Below, piece after piece: positions 9,901-20,148 of a stretch of DNA of 64,000 nt (positions are counted from its first letter, which is position 1; each line of letters opens with the position of its first letter). A program made the translations under genes and the position numbers. The notes beneath the pieces are model-generated. The model saw only the letters and a program-made list of their open reading frames with translations, was not told the origin of the DNA and did not search any database. Source of the DNA: Eledone cirrhosa (Eukaryota); NCBI GenBank assembly GCA_964016885.1, contig OZ024741.1:119784001-119848000 (forward strand), in the 5' to 3' direction.

Positions 9901-10335
9901 GATCCCGTTCCAGTCGCCCACTAACACTAAAGAGCGCGACGTTCCAAGAAAGGTCTCCAGACGCCGGAAGAAATCAGGCCGCCCTGCTCCTGTCGGGGCA
10001 TAGACGGCCACTAGCCTGAAAGCTTGCCCGTCTCCGCTGGTCACGTCCAGCACCACCAGCTTACCCTCTGGGTCCAGGAAGATGGCCCGTATGGCGAGAT
10101 CCAAACCTCTCCGAAAAAGCACAGCAACTCCTCCACCCGATCCAGGACGGCTGGGAGATGCGTACACATCGTAGCCGCCGAAGATCGGTGCGAAGGCCCG
10201 TGCTTCGGAGATTCTGGTCTCGCTGATGGCCACTACATCTATGTTTAGTGACCTGAGGTCGTTGAGCAGGTGACCCTGCTTCCATGACGACCCCAAGCCA
10301 CGCGCATTTATGCTGCCTATTCTGAGTGAGGTCAT
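6916..10335 (-). CDS. ORF2 APE-RT (1139 aa, intact), type B
   Basis: Same motifs as A1; four amino-acid differences seen (TCM>ICV, ARCC>AKCC, PGL>PDL). Confidence 0.96.
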   Translation of the reverse strand: MTSLRIGSINARGLGSSWKQGHLLNDLRSLNIDVVAISETRISEARAFAPIFGGYDVYASPSRPGSGGGVAVLFRRGLDLAIRAIFLDPEGKLVVLDVTSGDGQAFRLVAVYAPTGAGRPDFFRRLETFLGTSRSLVLVGDWNGILDARWDCVGLADRGGGCKSLTNLLRRFELSDRYRLDFPNVPMWTWTNRIGSSRSYLDRVFCREIDRSSIGCPQFKIVSYTDHKFVICVLDLDRLHRRGPGYWKLNASLPARKAYRDRISELVKRALTGAIVNNKWWFALKRAIRIESIRFSKALAIEKNRAEGELVRKLDEALSKGIATDVLAAKLALDQFFNAKHEGCVVRARVRALRHEGTKAVQWARVAEARRGNKATIRSLVDHDGRMLLDPGQMCEAFQRHFAQLFGGSGGPGRGMDFSVYLDGLPRLSATEAKCCEKPITAAEVREAMTGCTRGKSPGLDGLPYELYVQMPDLFGGLLADVYCNWQQNGRIPSSVSRGAVALLRKDPNKGDNIDNFRPITLLNTEFKILAKVLAKRLALVVGGLVGEAQTCAIPDRSIHDNLHLMRYIVERVAREPGTGGSLINLDQSKAFDRVDHRYLAAVLRAAGFGPVFRGWIAAMHSDICSVVRVNGHLSEPFNIMRSVRQGCPLSSLLYVLTLEPLLHKLETLRGVPRELGCGRSVSAYADDVTVVVSNAKHIEAIGTTLREYEAVTGAMINQEKSVGLQLGTWRGRSMPSNSVVGRWTDGPVKLLGVWFGPDLQTDKNWDEVTSRVASLTQKWAERKLSLKGRAEVANAYIASVICYRLTVVPCPKPRLTALERLLFRFLWKGRAPMVRRSICCQHPLRGGLGMPWLMMRRHALRLRHLHLFLDGDQVWSPFARRVFPQLVSLTELQSWVKRRPRGSAWRLECLQALTALDQSGNVIGGNSTSAFYRGLVEGKSDDVLGETLGVDENQLANLFGRTFGPGPMDNFQKSLAWQCYRGALPVRDKLYRHGGAVSRACPRCAQGDETVLHALVQCPKIADLWVYVEHLLSRLGRIQLSSESIVRIAPPSSFSREGQAVFICLVAMAKEIVWWTRLKGLKTSTYLFGDALIDFFKFHLKRKIRVEKEVLSSQHFVERWVREARMARVNGPTLSIYL

Positions 10336-10370
10336 GTTTAAAATAGAGTGGAAAAGATGGGAAAGACCAC

Positions 10371-12464
10371 TTACCGTATTTTTGGTAGAGGAGGGATGGT
10401 TTTTACATCCCTTTTCACTTGATCGTCTGGTGAAGGGACCGTTGAATCGTCCCTTCGGCTGGTCGTCGGCTCTTCTAAGAGAATGTCTGAATATACTCTT
10501 CGATTAATGGTTCCTCCTAGGTCCCTGAAATCACCAACTGCGTTGGGGAATTTCGTTTTAATGTTTGTGTATTGTTTCTGTGCTATTTTTAGCAGTCTTA
10601 TGTTAGTTGGCGTTTTGATTGGTGCTGGTATTATGTAGTCCTGTTGTGAAATGTCTGTGTGTTCAATTATGTAAGTCATTAGTTTCTTGTTGTGTGTGTT
10701 TATTGCCGTGCATTTGTTTTTCTGGGGGTGGGGTGTGGTTCTGCTATTTTCTTGTCGTTGTTGCTGGGTGTGTGTGTTTTGTTGTTGTGTTTGCGATGTT
10801 GGTGCTTGTGGTGTTGAAGGTGTTGTTGGCGGTGGGGTTGTCGCCGGTGGTGATGGTGGTGCTGGTGTGGGTGGTGATGGTGTTGGTGGTGTTGCTGCTG
10901 TGGGTCTCTTTGCAGTAGACTTTACCCTTTTCTCATTTCTTTCCTCCCTTTTCAAAGGCGACGATGCGCTGCTTCTGCGTTTGTGCCTTCTTGAGACCTT
11001 TTGCCATCCCTCTCCCACCTCACACTCCATGTCTGATTCTGTAAGGTCGGGGAGGGGTACCAGCTCCACTCTTTCACTTGTTGTTGTTGGTGATGTTTGC
11101 ACTGGAGTCTCTGTTGCAGCTGCATTTGGTATTGCTGTTGTTGTTGTTAATATTTCCACTGCTGCTGCTGTCTTTGATTTCCGTGGAGTGGGTATGGGTG
11201 CCACGGACCTATCGTTCCTGGTTGCCGCTTGTCCTGTTGCTGGTAGCCGTGGAACCGGATTCGGGAGGAGGGGGGTTTTCTCCTTTCTCAGGGTCTTCTC
11301 GTTGCAGAAGGCCCTGAGGTGAGTCTTCGATCCACAGCGAAAGCATTTCGGGCGTTTGCCCTCAACACTTATGGGCAGTTGAGTGCCGTTATCGAAGTCT
11401 ATCACATCCGGGATAGCTTCGATGCACTCCTGGTTGGTTTGGATTAGCATCTCAATGGAGGAGCCGACCCAATCTTCTCTTACTTTTTTCTGTACTTGCA
11501 GTACAGTTGTTTTGTCCTCGATTCCGACGAGGACAGACGCGGCCAGCCAAGAAGGGGTCATTCCGGGGGGGACGTGGGTCAGTTTGACCCTCACAATTTT
11601 TTGCCCGCAGTAGGAGGGCACCAACACCATTTCCTCGCTCCTTAGGGTCACTACTGATTGGGCCTTTGCCTCCTGGGGTGTGGCAAAAAGTACGTCTACG
11701 GTGGCGTATTTTTTGCCTCGGGTGATGTGCGTTTTCCTCTGCCACACAGACCCCAAGGCTTTTTGTATTTGGGCCTCTGTGGCTCTTTCCACCCTACGGG
11801 ATTTTGTACTTACTGTACGGTACGTGACCGTACAGTGCTCTTGGGTTTCGAAAAAATTTTTCGCTGCCTTGCAGATTGCTCGGTGTCCGTTCTTTGTCAC
11901 CATCTTCTTCGCTTCCTCTAATTCCTCATTTGTTATGAGGATTGTTTCCAGGTTTTTCGCAATACCTGCAAATGAGATTGGTTTTTCTCTGCTGTTGTTG
12001 TTGTCGTCAGAGCTGCTGGTACTTTTGTTGTTGCTGCAGGTACTACGACTACTGCCTCCGCCGCTGTTGCTGTGGTTGTTGTTGGTGTTGCTGCTGCTAA
12101 TGCTGTTGTTGTTTATGCTGCTGGTGATGCTGTTGCGGCTGCTACTGTTGTTTTCATTGTCACTGTTGCTGTTGTTATTACGGCTGCTACTGCTATTATT
12201 CCTGACGTCAGACGAATGAACTGGGTTTTCGTATTTCCCGCACACCTGTTTCGTCGCTGTCGTCGTCGTCGTGGAGAAACCTTGCACGCTTTGCACGAGA
12301 CTTTTCTTTTCTTTCGTCGCTTGCGAAAGAGAAGGTAGGGAGAGAGACACATTTAAAGAAGGGAGGGAGAGAGACAATCTTCTCTCTCCTGTAGTGATGA
12401 TTGAGGAAGAAGAAGACGGAATGAGTGGGAGTGACGTATGAAATTTTTTTTTTTTGGTAGCCAT
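10371..12464 (-). CDS. ORF1, type B, open from ATG 12464 (MATKKKKFH..., 697 aa)
   Basis: ATG in AACATGG context, uninterrupted to TAA at 10371; CCHC knuckle. Confidence 0.88.
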   Translation of the reverse strand: MATKKKKFHTSLPLIPSSSSSIITTGERRLSLSLPSLNVSLSLPSLSQATKEKKSLVQSVQGFSTTTTTATKQVCGKYENPVHSSDVRNNSSSSRNNNSNSDNENNSSSRNSITSSINNNSISSSNTNNNHSNSGGGSSRSTCSNNKSTSSSDDNNNSREKPISFAGIAKNLETILITNEELEEAKKMVTKNGHRAICKAAKNFFETQEHCTVTYRTVSTKSRRVERATEAQIQKALGSVWQRKTHITRGKKYATVDVLFATPQEAKAQSVVTLRSEEMVLVPSYCGQKIVRVKLTHVPPGMTPSWLAASVLVGIEDKTTVLQVQKKVREDWVGSSIEMLIQTNQECIEAIPDVIDFDNGTQLPISVEGKRPKCFRCGSKTHLRAFCNEKTLRKEKTPLLPNPVPRLPATGQAATRNDRSVAPIPTPRKSKTAAAVEILTTTTAIPNAAATETPVQTSPTTTSERVELVPLPDLTESDMECEVGEGWQKVSRRHKRRSSASSPLKREERNEKRVKSTAKRPTAATPPTPSPPTPAPPSPPATTPPPTTPSTPQAPTSQTQQQNTHTQQQRQENSRTTPHPQKNKCTAINTHNKKLMTYIIEHTDISQQDYIIPAPIKTPTNIRLLKIAQKQYTNIKTKFPNAVGDFRDLGGTINRRVYSDILLEEPTTSRRDDSTVPSPDDQVKRDVKTIPPLPKIR

Positions 12465-12677
12465 GTTTTTTTGTTTAAAATGAAATTTTGGGTACAAAAC
12501 CCCAATAACTGGCTATTTAACCCCGAAGGGCCAAATAACGGACAGAAAGACCCCTCTCACGAGGAGGAGGGTGTCTTTATCAACAATTTGGTTCAAGTTT
12601 TAAACAATTTACAATTGTTTTAACGGTTAAAAATTACTATACCTTACAGAGCCGAGCCTCCGTCAACCATGGCATTC

Positions 12678-12701
12678 AATAATAATAATAATAATAATAA
12701 T
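12678..12701. repeat. (AAT)8 junction tract
   Basis: Direct count; same length as 530-553. Confidence 0.97.
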
Positions 12702-12963
12702 GATTTCTTTATTAACCACAAGGGTTTACATAAAGTAGACATTAAGGACAGTGCAGGACAATGCAGGGCGGTACAAATGGGCATTTCTGCGTGTAAAAAA
12801 ACAAAAACAGAGGATGTAACAAAAATAACAATGAAAATAACAATGAAAAATTCCCCAATAGGGGGGAGACTTCGGAGGGACATTTGTGGAGAAAGCCCAG
12901 TAAAAAGCCACAATGACCCTGACCACCAAGGCAAGTGCCCTCTCCCAGTTTTCCACCTTTAGT

Positions 12964-15900
12964 TTACAGATATATACTCAGAGTCGGCCCATTCACTCGG
13001 GCCATTCTTGCTTCTCTCACCCATCTTTCAACAAAATGCTGGGAAGAGAGCACTTCCTTCTCTACTCTGATTTTCCTTTTCAAATGAAATTTGAAAAAGT
13101 CAATCAGAGCATCACCGAAGAGGTAAGTGCTCGTCTTCAGCCCTTTCAAACGTGTCCACCATACTATCTCTTTCGCCATGGCCACCAGACAGATAAAAAC
13201 TGCCTGCCCTTCCCGGCTAAAGGAGGAGGGCGGGGCAATCCTCACGATAGACTCAGATGATAGCTGGATCCGTCCTAAACGCGACAGCAGGTGTTCGACA
13301 TAAACCCACAAGTCAGCAATTTTCGGACACTGGACGAGTGCGTGCAGGACGGTTTCGTCGCCCTGCGCGCATCTCGGACATGCCCGGCTGACGGCACCTC
13401 CATGCCTGTAGAGTTTATCCCGAACTGGCAAGGCTCCTCGGTAGCACTGCCAGGCCAGAGATTTCTGGAAGTTGTCCATAGGCCCTGGCCCGAAAGTTCT
13501 TCCGAAGAGATTGGCTAGTTGATTTTCGTCGACGCCTAGAGTTTCCCCAAGTACGTCGTCGCTCTTCCCCTCCACTAATCCTCTATAGAACGCCGAGGTG
13601 GAGTTTCCACCGATCACATTGCCCGATTGGTCGAGGGCTGTGAGCGCCTGAAGACATTCCAGTCTCCAGGCGCTCCCTCTCGGTCTTCGCTTGACCCAGG
13701 ACTGCAGCTCCGTCAAGGAAACGAGCTGGGGAAAAACGCGTCTAGCAAACGGCGACCACACCTGATCACCGTCGAGGAAGAGGTGGAGATGTCGTAGCCT
13801 GAGCGCGTGCCTGCGCATCATCAGCCACGGCATGCCCAGCCCTCCACGTAGCGGGTGTTGACAACAGATGGACCGCCTGACCATCGGAGCACGTCCCTTC
13901 CACAAAAAGCGAAAGAGCAAACGCTCCAGCGCAGTCAGGCGAGGCTTAGGACAAGGTACGACGGTTAGGCGGTAGCAGATGACAGACGCGATGTACGCGT
14001 TAGCCACCTCCGCTCGACCTTTCAGGGATAGCTTCCTCTCCGCCCATTTCTGGGTGAGAGAAGCCACCCTGCTCGTCACCTCGTCCCAGTTTTTGTCCGT
14101 CTGGAGGTCCGGACCGAACCAGACCCCTAGCAATTTAACCGGTCCGTCCGTCCAGCGCCCGACGACGCTGTTGGACGGCATGGACCTGCCTCTCCAGGTG
14201 CCGAGCTGCAGGCCCACTGACTTTTCCTGGTTGATCATTGCTCCTGTCACCGCTTCGTATTCTCTTAGTGTAGTGCCGATCGCCTCGATGTGTTTGGCGT
14301 TCGACACCACTACGGTGACATCGTCCGCATATGCTGACACGGATCTTCCGCATCCTAGTTCGCGCGGGACTCCCCTCAACGTCTCCAGTTTGTGCAGTAA
14401 TGGCTCGAGAGTCAATACGTACAAGAGGGACGAGAGGGGACATCCTTGGCGGACCGAGCGCATGATGTTGAACGGTTCCGACAGGTGACCGTTCACTCTC
14501 ACCACAGAGCAGATGTCGCTGTGCATGGCAGCGATCCAGCCTCTGAAGACGGGCCCAAAGCCAGCCGCCCTCAGGACTGCCGCTAGGTAACGATGGTCGA
14601 CCCTATCGAAAGCTTTCGACTGATCTAAATTGATCAAGGACCCACCCGTGCCAGGTTCCCTAGCTACCCTCTCTACGATGTATCGCATGAGGTGGAGGTT
14701 GTCGTGGATGGATCTGTCGGGAATGGCGCATGTCTGCGCCTCTCCCACCAGACCACCAACGACAAGCGCCAACCTCTTTGCTAGCACCTTGGCCAAAATC
14801 TTAAACTCTGTGTTTAGCAGAGTTATGGGCCGGAAATTGTCTATGTTATCCCCCTTGTTCGGATCCTTTCTCAGCAGTGCCACCGCTCCTCGGCTCACAG
14901 AACTGGGAATTCTCCCGTTCTGTTGCCAGTTGCAGTAGACGTCCGCCAAGAGGCCTCCGAACAAGCCTGGCATCTGTACGTAAAGTTCATAGGGCAGACC
15001 ATCCAAACCAGGCGATTTACCCCTTGTGCAGCCAGTCATTGCCTCCCGTACTTCAGCGGCTGTTATCGGCTTTTCGCAACACCTCGCCTCAGTGGCCGAG
15101 AGCCGCGGCAGTCCGTCGAGGTAGACACTAAAGTCCATCCCTCTACCCGGCCCCCCGCTGCCCCCGAACAGCTGAGCGAAGTGTCGCTGAAAAGCTTCAC
15201 ACATTTGCCCGGGATCGAGTAGCATGCGCCCGTCGTGGTCCACCAAAGACCGGATCGTGGCTTTGTTGCCACGACGCGCCTCCGCCACTCGGGCCCATTG
15301 AACGGCTTTCGTCCCCTCGTGTCTGAGAGCACGCACCCTAGCTCTGACAACGCAGCCTTCGTGCTTTGCATTGAAGAATTGGTCAAGGGCCAATTTCGCC
15401 GCAAGCACGTCGGTCGCAATGCCTTTGCTAAGCGCCTCGTCTAATTTTCTAACTAGTTCTCCCTCTGCTCTATTTTTCTCTATTGCTAAAGCCTTACTAA
15501 ACCTAATCGATTCTATTCTAATCGCTCTTTTCAGAGCAAACCACCACTTGTTGTTGACGATGGCCCCCGTCAACGCCCGCTTAACTAGTTCGCTAATCCG
15601 GTCTCTGTAGGCCTTGCGCGCTGGTAAGGACGCGTTTAGCTTCCAGTAGCCGGGTCCTCGTCTATGAAGCCTATCTAAGTCAAGCATACAGGTCACGAAT
15701 TTGTGGTCCGTGTAGCTGACTATCTTGAATTGTGGACAGCCTATGCTAGACCTATCTATTTCCCTACAAAATACTCTATCTAGATATGATCTGGATGACC
15801 CTATGCGGTTTGTCCAAGTCCACATTGGCACATTCGGGAAATCCAATCGGTACCTGTCAGACAGTTCAAAACGCCTGAGCAGGTTGGTGAGGCTCTTGCA

Positions 15901-16383
15901 CCCTCCACCCCTATCCGCTAATCCCACACAGTCCCAGCGTGCATCTAAGATCCCGTTCCAGTCGCCCACTAACACTAAAGAGCGGGACGTTCCAAGAAAG
16001 GTCTCCAGACGCCGGAAGAAATCAGGCCGCCCTGCTCCTGTCGGGGCATAGACGGCCACTAGCCTGAAAGCTTGCCCGTCTCCGCTGGTCACGTCCAGCA
16101 CCACCAGCTTACCCTCTGGGTCCAGGAAGATGGCCCGTATGGCGAGATCCAAACCTCTCCGAAAAAGCACAGCAACTCCTCCACCCGATCCAGGACGGCT
16201 GGGAGATGCGTACACATCGTAGCCGCCGAAGATCGGTGCGAAGGCCCGTGCTTCGGAGATTCTGGTCTCGCTGATGGCCACTACATCTATGTTTAGTGAC
16301 CTGAGGTCGTTGAGCAGGTGACCCTGCTTCCATGACGACCCCAAGCCACGCGCATTTATGCTGCCTATTCTGAGTGAGGTCAT
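12964..16383 (-). CDS. ORF2 APE-RT (1139 aa, intact), type A
   Basis: Translation identical to 816-4235. Confidence 0.96.
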   Translation of the reverse strand: MTSLRIGSINARGLGSSWKQGHLLNDLRSLNIDVVAISETRISEARAFAPIFGGYDVYASPSRPGSGGGVAVLFRRGLDLAIRAIFLDPEGKLVVLDVTSGDGQAFRLVAVYAPTGAGRPDFFRRLETFLGTSRSLVLVGDWNGILDARWDCVGLADRGGGCKSLTNLLRRFELSDRYRLDFPNVPMWTWTNRIGSSRSYLDRVFCREIDRSSIGCPQFKIVSYTDHKFVTCMLDLDRLHRRGPGYWKLNASLPARKAYRDRISELVKRALTGAIVNNKWWFALKRAIRIESIRFSKALAIEKNRAEGELVRKLDEALSKGIATDVLAAKLALDQFFNAKHEGCVVRARVRALRHEGTKAVQWARVAEARRGNKATIRSLVDHDGRMLLDPGQMCEAFQRHFAQLFGGSGGPGRGMDFSVYLDGLPRLSATEARCCEKPITAAEVREAMTGCTRGKSPGLDGLPYELYVQMPGLFGGLLADVYCNWQQNGRIPSSVSRGAVALLRKDPNKGDNIDNFRPITLLNTEFKILAKVLAKRLALVVGGLVGEAQTCAIPDRSIHDNLHLMRYIVERVAREPGTGGSLINLDQSKAFDRVDHRYLAAVLRAAGFGPVFRGWIAAMHSDICSVVRVNGHLSEPFNIMRSVRQGCPLSSLLYVLTLEPLLHKLETLRGVPRELGCGRSVSAYADDVTVVVSNAKHIEAIGTTLREYEAVTGAMINQEKSVGLQLGTWRGRSMPSNSVVGRWTDGPVKLLGVWFGPDLQTDKNWDEVTSRVASLTQKWAERKLSLKGRAEVANAYIASVICYRLTVVPCPKPRLTALERLLFRFLWKGRAPMVRRSICCQHPLRGGLGMPWLMMRRHALRLRHLHLFLDGDQVWSPFARRVFPQLVSLTELQSWVKRRPRGSAWRLECLQALTALDQSGNVIGGNSTSAFYRGLVEGKSDDVLGETLGVDENQLANLFGRTFGPGPMDNFQKSLAWQCYRGALPVRDKLYRHGGAVSRACPRCAQGDETVLHALVQCPKIADLWVYVEHLLSRLGRIQLSSESIVRIAPPSSFSREGQAVFICLVAMAKEIVWWTRLKGLKTSTYLFGDALIDFFKFHLKRKIRVEKEVLSSQHFVERWVREARMARVNGPTLSIYL

Positions 16384-16418
16384 GTTTAAAATAGAGTGGA
16401 AAAGATGGGAAAGACCAC

Positions 16419-18428
16419 TTACCGTACTTTTGGTAGAGGAGGGATGGTTTTTACATCCCTTTTCACTTGATCGTCTGGTGAAGGGACCGTTGAATCGTCC
16501 CTTCGGCTGGTCGTCGGCTCTTCTAAGAGAATGTCTGAATATACTCTTCGATTGATGGTTCCTCCTAGGTCCCTGAAATCACCAACTGCGTTGGGGAATT
16601 TCGTTTTAATGTTTGTGTATTGTTTCTGTGCTATTTTTAGCAGTCTTATGTTAGTTGGCGTTTTGATTGGTGCTGGTATTATGTAGTCCTGTTGTGAAAT
16701 GTCTGTGTGTTCAATTATGTAAGTCATTAGTTTCTTGTTGTGTGTGTTTATTGCCGTGCATTTGTTTTTCTGGGGGTGGGGTGTGGTTCTGCTATTTTCT
16801 TGTCGTTGTTGCTGGGTGTGTGTGTTTTGTTGTTGTGTTTGCGATGTTGGTGCTTGTGGTGGTGGTGTTGAAGGTGTTGTTGGCGGTGGGGTTGTCGCCG
16901 GTGGTGATGGTGGTGCTGGTGTGGGTGGTGATGGTGTTGGTGGTGTTGCTGCTGTGGGTCTCTTTGCAGTAGACTTTACCCTTTTCTCATTTCTTTCCTC
17001 CCTTTTCAAAGGCGACGATGCGCTGCTTCTGCGTTTGTGCCTTCTTGCGACCTTTTGCCATCCCTCTCCCACCTCACACTCCATGTCTGATTCTGTAAGG
17101 TCGGGGAGGGGTACCAGCTCCACTCTTTCACTTGTTGTTGTTGGTGATGTTTGCACTGGAGTCTCTGTTGCAGCTGCATTTGGTATTGCTGTTGTTGTTG
17201 TTAATATTTCCACTGCTGCTGCTGCCTTTGATTTCCGTGGAGTGGGTATGGGTGCCACGGACCTATCGTTCCTGGTTGCCGCTTGTCCTGTTGCTGGTAG
17301 CCGTGGAGCTGGATTCGGAAGGAGGGGGGTTTTCTCCTTTCTCAGGGTCTTCTCGTTGCAGAAGGCCCTGAGGTGAGTCTTCGATCCACAGCGAAAGCAT
17401 TTCGGGCGTTTGCCCTCAACACTTATGGGCAGTTGAGTGCCGTTATCGAAGTCTATCACATCCGGGATAGCTTCGATGCACTCCTGGTTGGTTTGGATTA
17501 GCATCTCAATGGAGGAGCCGACCCAATCTTCTCTTACTTTTTTCTGTACTTGCAGTACAGTTGTTTTGTCCTCGATTCCGACGAGGACAGACGCGGCCAG
17601 CCAAGAAGGGGTCATTCCGGGGGGGACGTGGGTCAGTTTGACCCTCACAATTTTTTGCCCGCAGTAGGAGGGCACCAACACCATTTCCACGCTCCTTAGG
17701 GTCACTACTGATTGGGCCTTTGCCTCCTGGGGTGTGGCAAAAAGTACGTCTACGGTGGCGTATTTTTTGCCTCGGGTGATGTGCGTTTTCCTCTGCCACA
17801 CAGACCCCAAGGCTTTTTGTATTTGGGCCTCTGTGGCTCTTTCCACCCTACGGGATTTTGTACTTACTGTACGGTACGTGACCGTACAGTGCTCTTGGGT
17901 TTCGAAAAAATTTTTCGCTGCCTTGCAGATTGCTCGGTGTCCGTTCTTTGTCACCATCTTCTTCGCTTCCTCTAATTCCTCATTTGTTATGAGGATTGTT
18001 TCCAAGTTTTTCGCAATACCTGCAAATGAGATTGGTTTTTCTCTGCTGTTGTTGTTGTCGTCAGAGCTGCTGGTACTTTTGTTGTTGCTGCAGGTACTAC
18101 GACTACTGCCTCCGCCGCTGTTGCTGTGGTTGTTGTTGGTGTTGCTGCTGCTAATGCTGTTGTTGTTTATGCTGCTGGTGATGCTGTTGCGGCTGCTACT
18201 GTTGTTTTCATTGTCACTGTTGCTGTTGTTATTACGGCTGCTACTGCTATTATTCCTGACGTCAGACGAATGAACTGGGTTTTCGTATTTCCCGCACACC
18301 TGTTTCGTCGCTGTCGTCGTCGTGGAGAAACCTTGCACGCTTTGCACGAGACTTTTCTTTTCTTTCGTCACTTGCGAAAGAGAAGGGAGGGAGAGAGACA
18401 CATTTAAAGAAGGGAGGGAGAGAGACAA
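16419..18428 (-). CDS. ORF1 type A (same start ambiguity as A1)
   Basis: Translation identical to 4271-6280. Confidence 0.85.
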   Translation of the reverse strand: MSLSLPSLNVSLSLPSLSQVTKEKKSLVQSVQGFSTTTTATKQVCGKYENPVHSSDVRNNSSSSRNNNSNSDNENNSSSRNSITSSINNNSISSSNTNNNHSNSGGGSSRSTCSNNKSTSSSDDNNNSREKPISFAGIAKNLETILITNEELEEAKKMVTKNGHRAICKAAKNFFETQEHCTVTYRTVSTKSRRVERATEAQIQKALGSVWQRKTHITRGKKYATVDVLFATPQEAKAQSVVTLRSVEMVLVPSYCGQKIVRVKLTHVPPGMTPSWLAASVLVGIEDKTTVLQVQKKVREDWVGSSIEMLIQTNQECIEAIPDVIDFDNGTQLPISVEGKRPKCFRCGSKTHLRAFCNEKTLRKEKTPLLPNPAPRLPATGQAATRNDRSVAPIPTPRKSKAAAAVEILTTTTAIPNAAATETPVQTSPTTTSERVELVPLPDLTESDMECEVGEGWQKVARRHKRRSSASSPLKREERNEKRVKSTAKRPTAATPPTPSPPTPAPPSPPATTPPPTTPSTPPPQAPTSQTQQQNTHTQQQRQENSRTTPHPQKNKCTAINTHNKKLMTYIIEHTDISQQDYIIPAPIKTPTNIRLLKIAQKQYTNIKTKFPNAVGDFRDLGGTINRRVYSDILLEEPTTSRRDDSTVPSPDDQVKRDVKTIPPLPKVR

Positions 18429-18728
18429 TCTTCTCTCTGCTGTAGTGATGATTGAGGAAGAAGAAGACGGAATGAGTGGGAGTTACCAATGAAAATTGTT
18501 TTTCGTAGCCATGTTGTTTTTTTTGTTTAGAATAAATATTGGGCACAAAACCCCAATAAGTAGTTATTTAACCCCGAAGGGCCAAATAACGGGCAGAAAG
18601 ACCCCTCTCACGAGGAGGAGGGTGTTTTTGTCTACAAGTTCGTTAAAGTTTTAAACAATTTACAATTGTTATAGCGTTCAAAATTTACAATACCTTACAG
18701 AGCCGAGCCTCCGTCAACCATAGCATTC

Positions 18729-18806
<78 letters not shown>
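18729..18806. repeat. (AAT)26 tract anchoring the array on the tail of an older Tx1
   Basis: Direct count. Confidence 0.97.
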
Positions 18807-18807
<1 letters not shown>

Positions 18808-19786
18808 TTTTCTTTATTGGCCACAAGGGCTGACATCAAGAAAAACATTACAGACGGCACAGGACGGTACAGGACGTTACGATGTGGGTTTTGTGCGTGT
18901 AAAGATTTTTATTATTTATATAAGAAAAGAAAAAAAAAAGACATAGAAACATATATATATATAAACAATAAAAATGAAAATTGAAACAATGAAAAATTCC
19001 CCAATAGGGTGGAAACCTCCGAGGGTTACTCGTGGCGAAAACCACACAAACGACCACGGCCACCCTGACCACCAGGGCAAACGCCCTCTCTCGATTTTTC
19101 CATTTCTCAAACTACAGACGTATATTCAGAGCGGTCCCGTTCACTCGGACCATTCTCGCTACATTCACCCACCTTTCAACAAACTTGCTAGAAAGCAGCA
19201 CTTACCTTTCCACCCTGATTTTCCTCTTCAAGTGAACCTTGAAAAAGTTAATTAGAGATTCGCCGAAGAGGAAAGTGTCTGTCTCTAACCCTTTCAACCT
19301 TGTCCACCACACAATCTCTTTCGCTATGGCCACCAGGCAGACGAAAACCGCCTGCCCTTCCTCCTCGAAGGAAGACGGCGAGACCATCTGCACAATGGAC
19401 TCAGTCGATAACCGGATCAGTCCTACACGCGACAGCAACTGTTCGACATAGCTCCACAAGTCAGTAATGCTCGGGCACTGAACGAGTACGTGCACGACGG
19501 TTTCGTCGCTCTGCGCGCATCTCAACAGGCTCGGCTGACGGCAATTCCATGTCTGTAGAGCTTATCTCGAACCGGCAGCGCTCCTCGGTAGCACTGCCAG
19601 GCCAAGGATTTTTGGAAGTTATCCATAGGCCCTGGGCTGAAAGTTCTCCGGAAGAAAGCAAACAGCTGATCTTCTTCGACGCCCAGGATCTCTCCGAGAA
19701 TGTCGTCGCTCTTCCCCTCCACTAGTCCTCTATAGAACGCCGAGGTGGATGTTCCACCGATACTGGTACCCAGCTGGCAGAGGGCA
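18807..19786 (-). mobile_element. 5'-truncated older Tx1 (subfamily 2): ORF2 C-terminus and 3' UTR
   Basis: GPMDNFQKSLAWQCYRGALPVRDKL and ETVVHVLVQC, with frameshifts; near-identical inverted match to ~38890-39860. Confidence 0.9.
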
Positions 19787-20148
19787 GGTAATAATGGAAT
19801 CGCTCCCGTAAGTTTTTGATTTTTAACATATTTAAAATAATTGTGATATAACAATTTTTATTACAAATGGGACATAAGGCACCAGTCTTAGTTCTCAGGA
19901 AACGGAAACCCATAACACCATGGCATATGGCTCAAATATTTAATTTTGTATTAGAAATTTTATTCAAAAAAGAAAACGGTTACAAATGGAAGAACCCCCC
20001 CTCTGTGTACACTAAATACAACCAAATAATGGCAATTTCACCCCCACCCACCCCCACCAAGCCAAATAACGGCAATTTCACCACCACCACCACCAAGCCA
20101 AATAACGCCAATTTTACCACCACCACCAATCCCAGCATAATAATAATG

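Larger units (their letters stand above)
6653..12677 (-). mobile_element. Full-length Tx1-group retrotransposon, copy B (~6.03 kb)
   Basis: Same layout as A1; body nearly identical, 5'-most ~245 nt clearly divergent. Confidence 0.93.
12702..18728 (-). mobile_element. Full-length Tx1-group retrotransposon, copy A2
   Basis: ORF1 and ORF2 translations identical to A1 at offset 12,148. Confidence 0.93.

Noticed and set aside
290-18546. Many short antisense or overlapping ORFs within the array
   Set aside because: Shadows of GC-rich ORF2 and of triplet repeats; their recurrence only reflects copy identity.
20040-20130. GCCAAATAACGG shared between a small local tandem repeat and the Tx1 5' UTR
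   Set aside because: Only 12 nt with no flanking similarity; plausibly chance.
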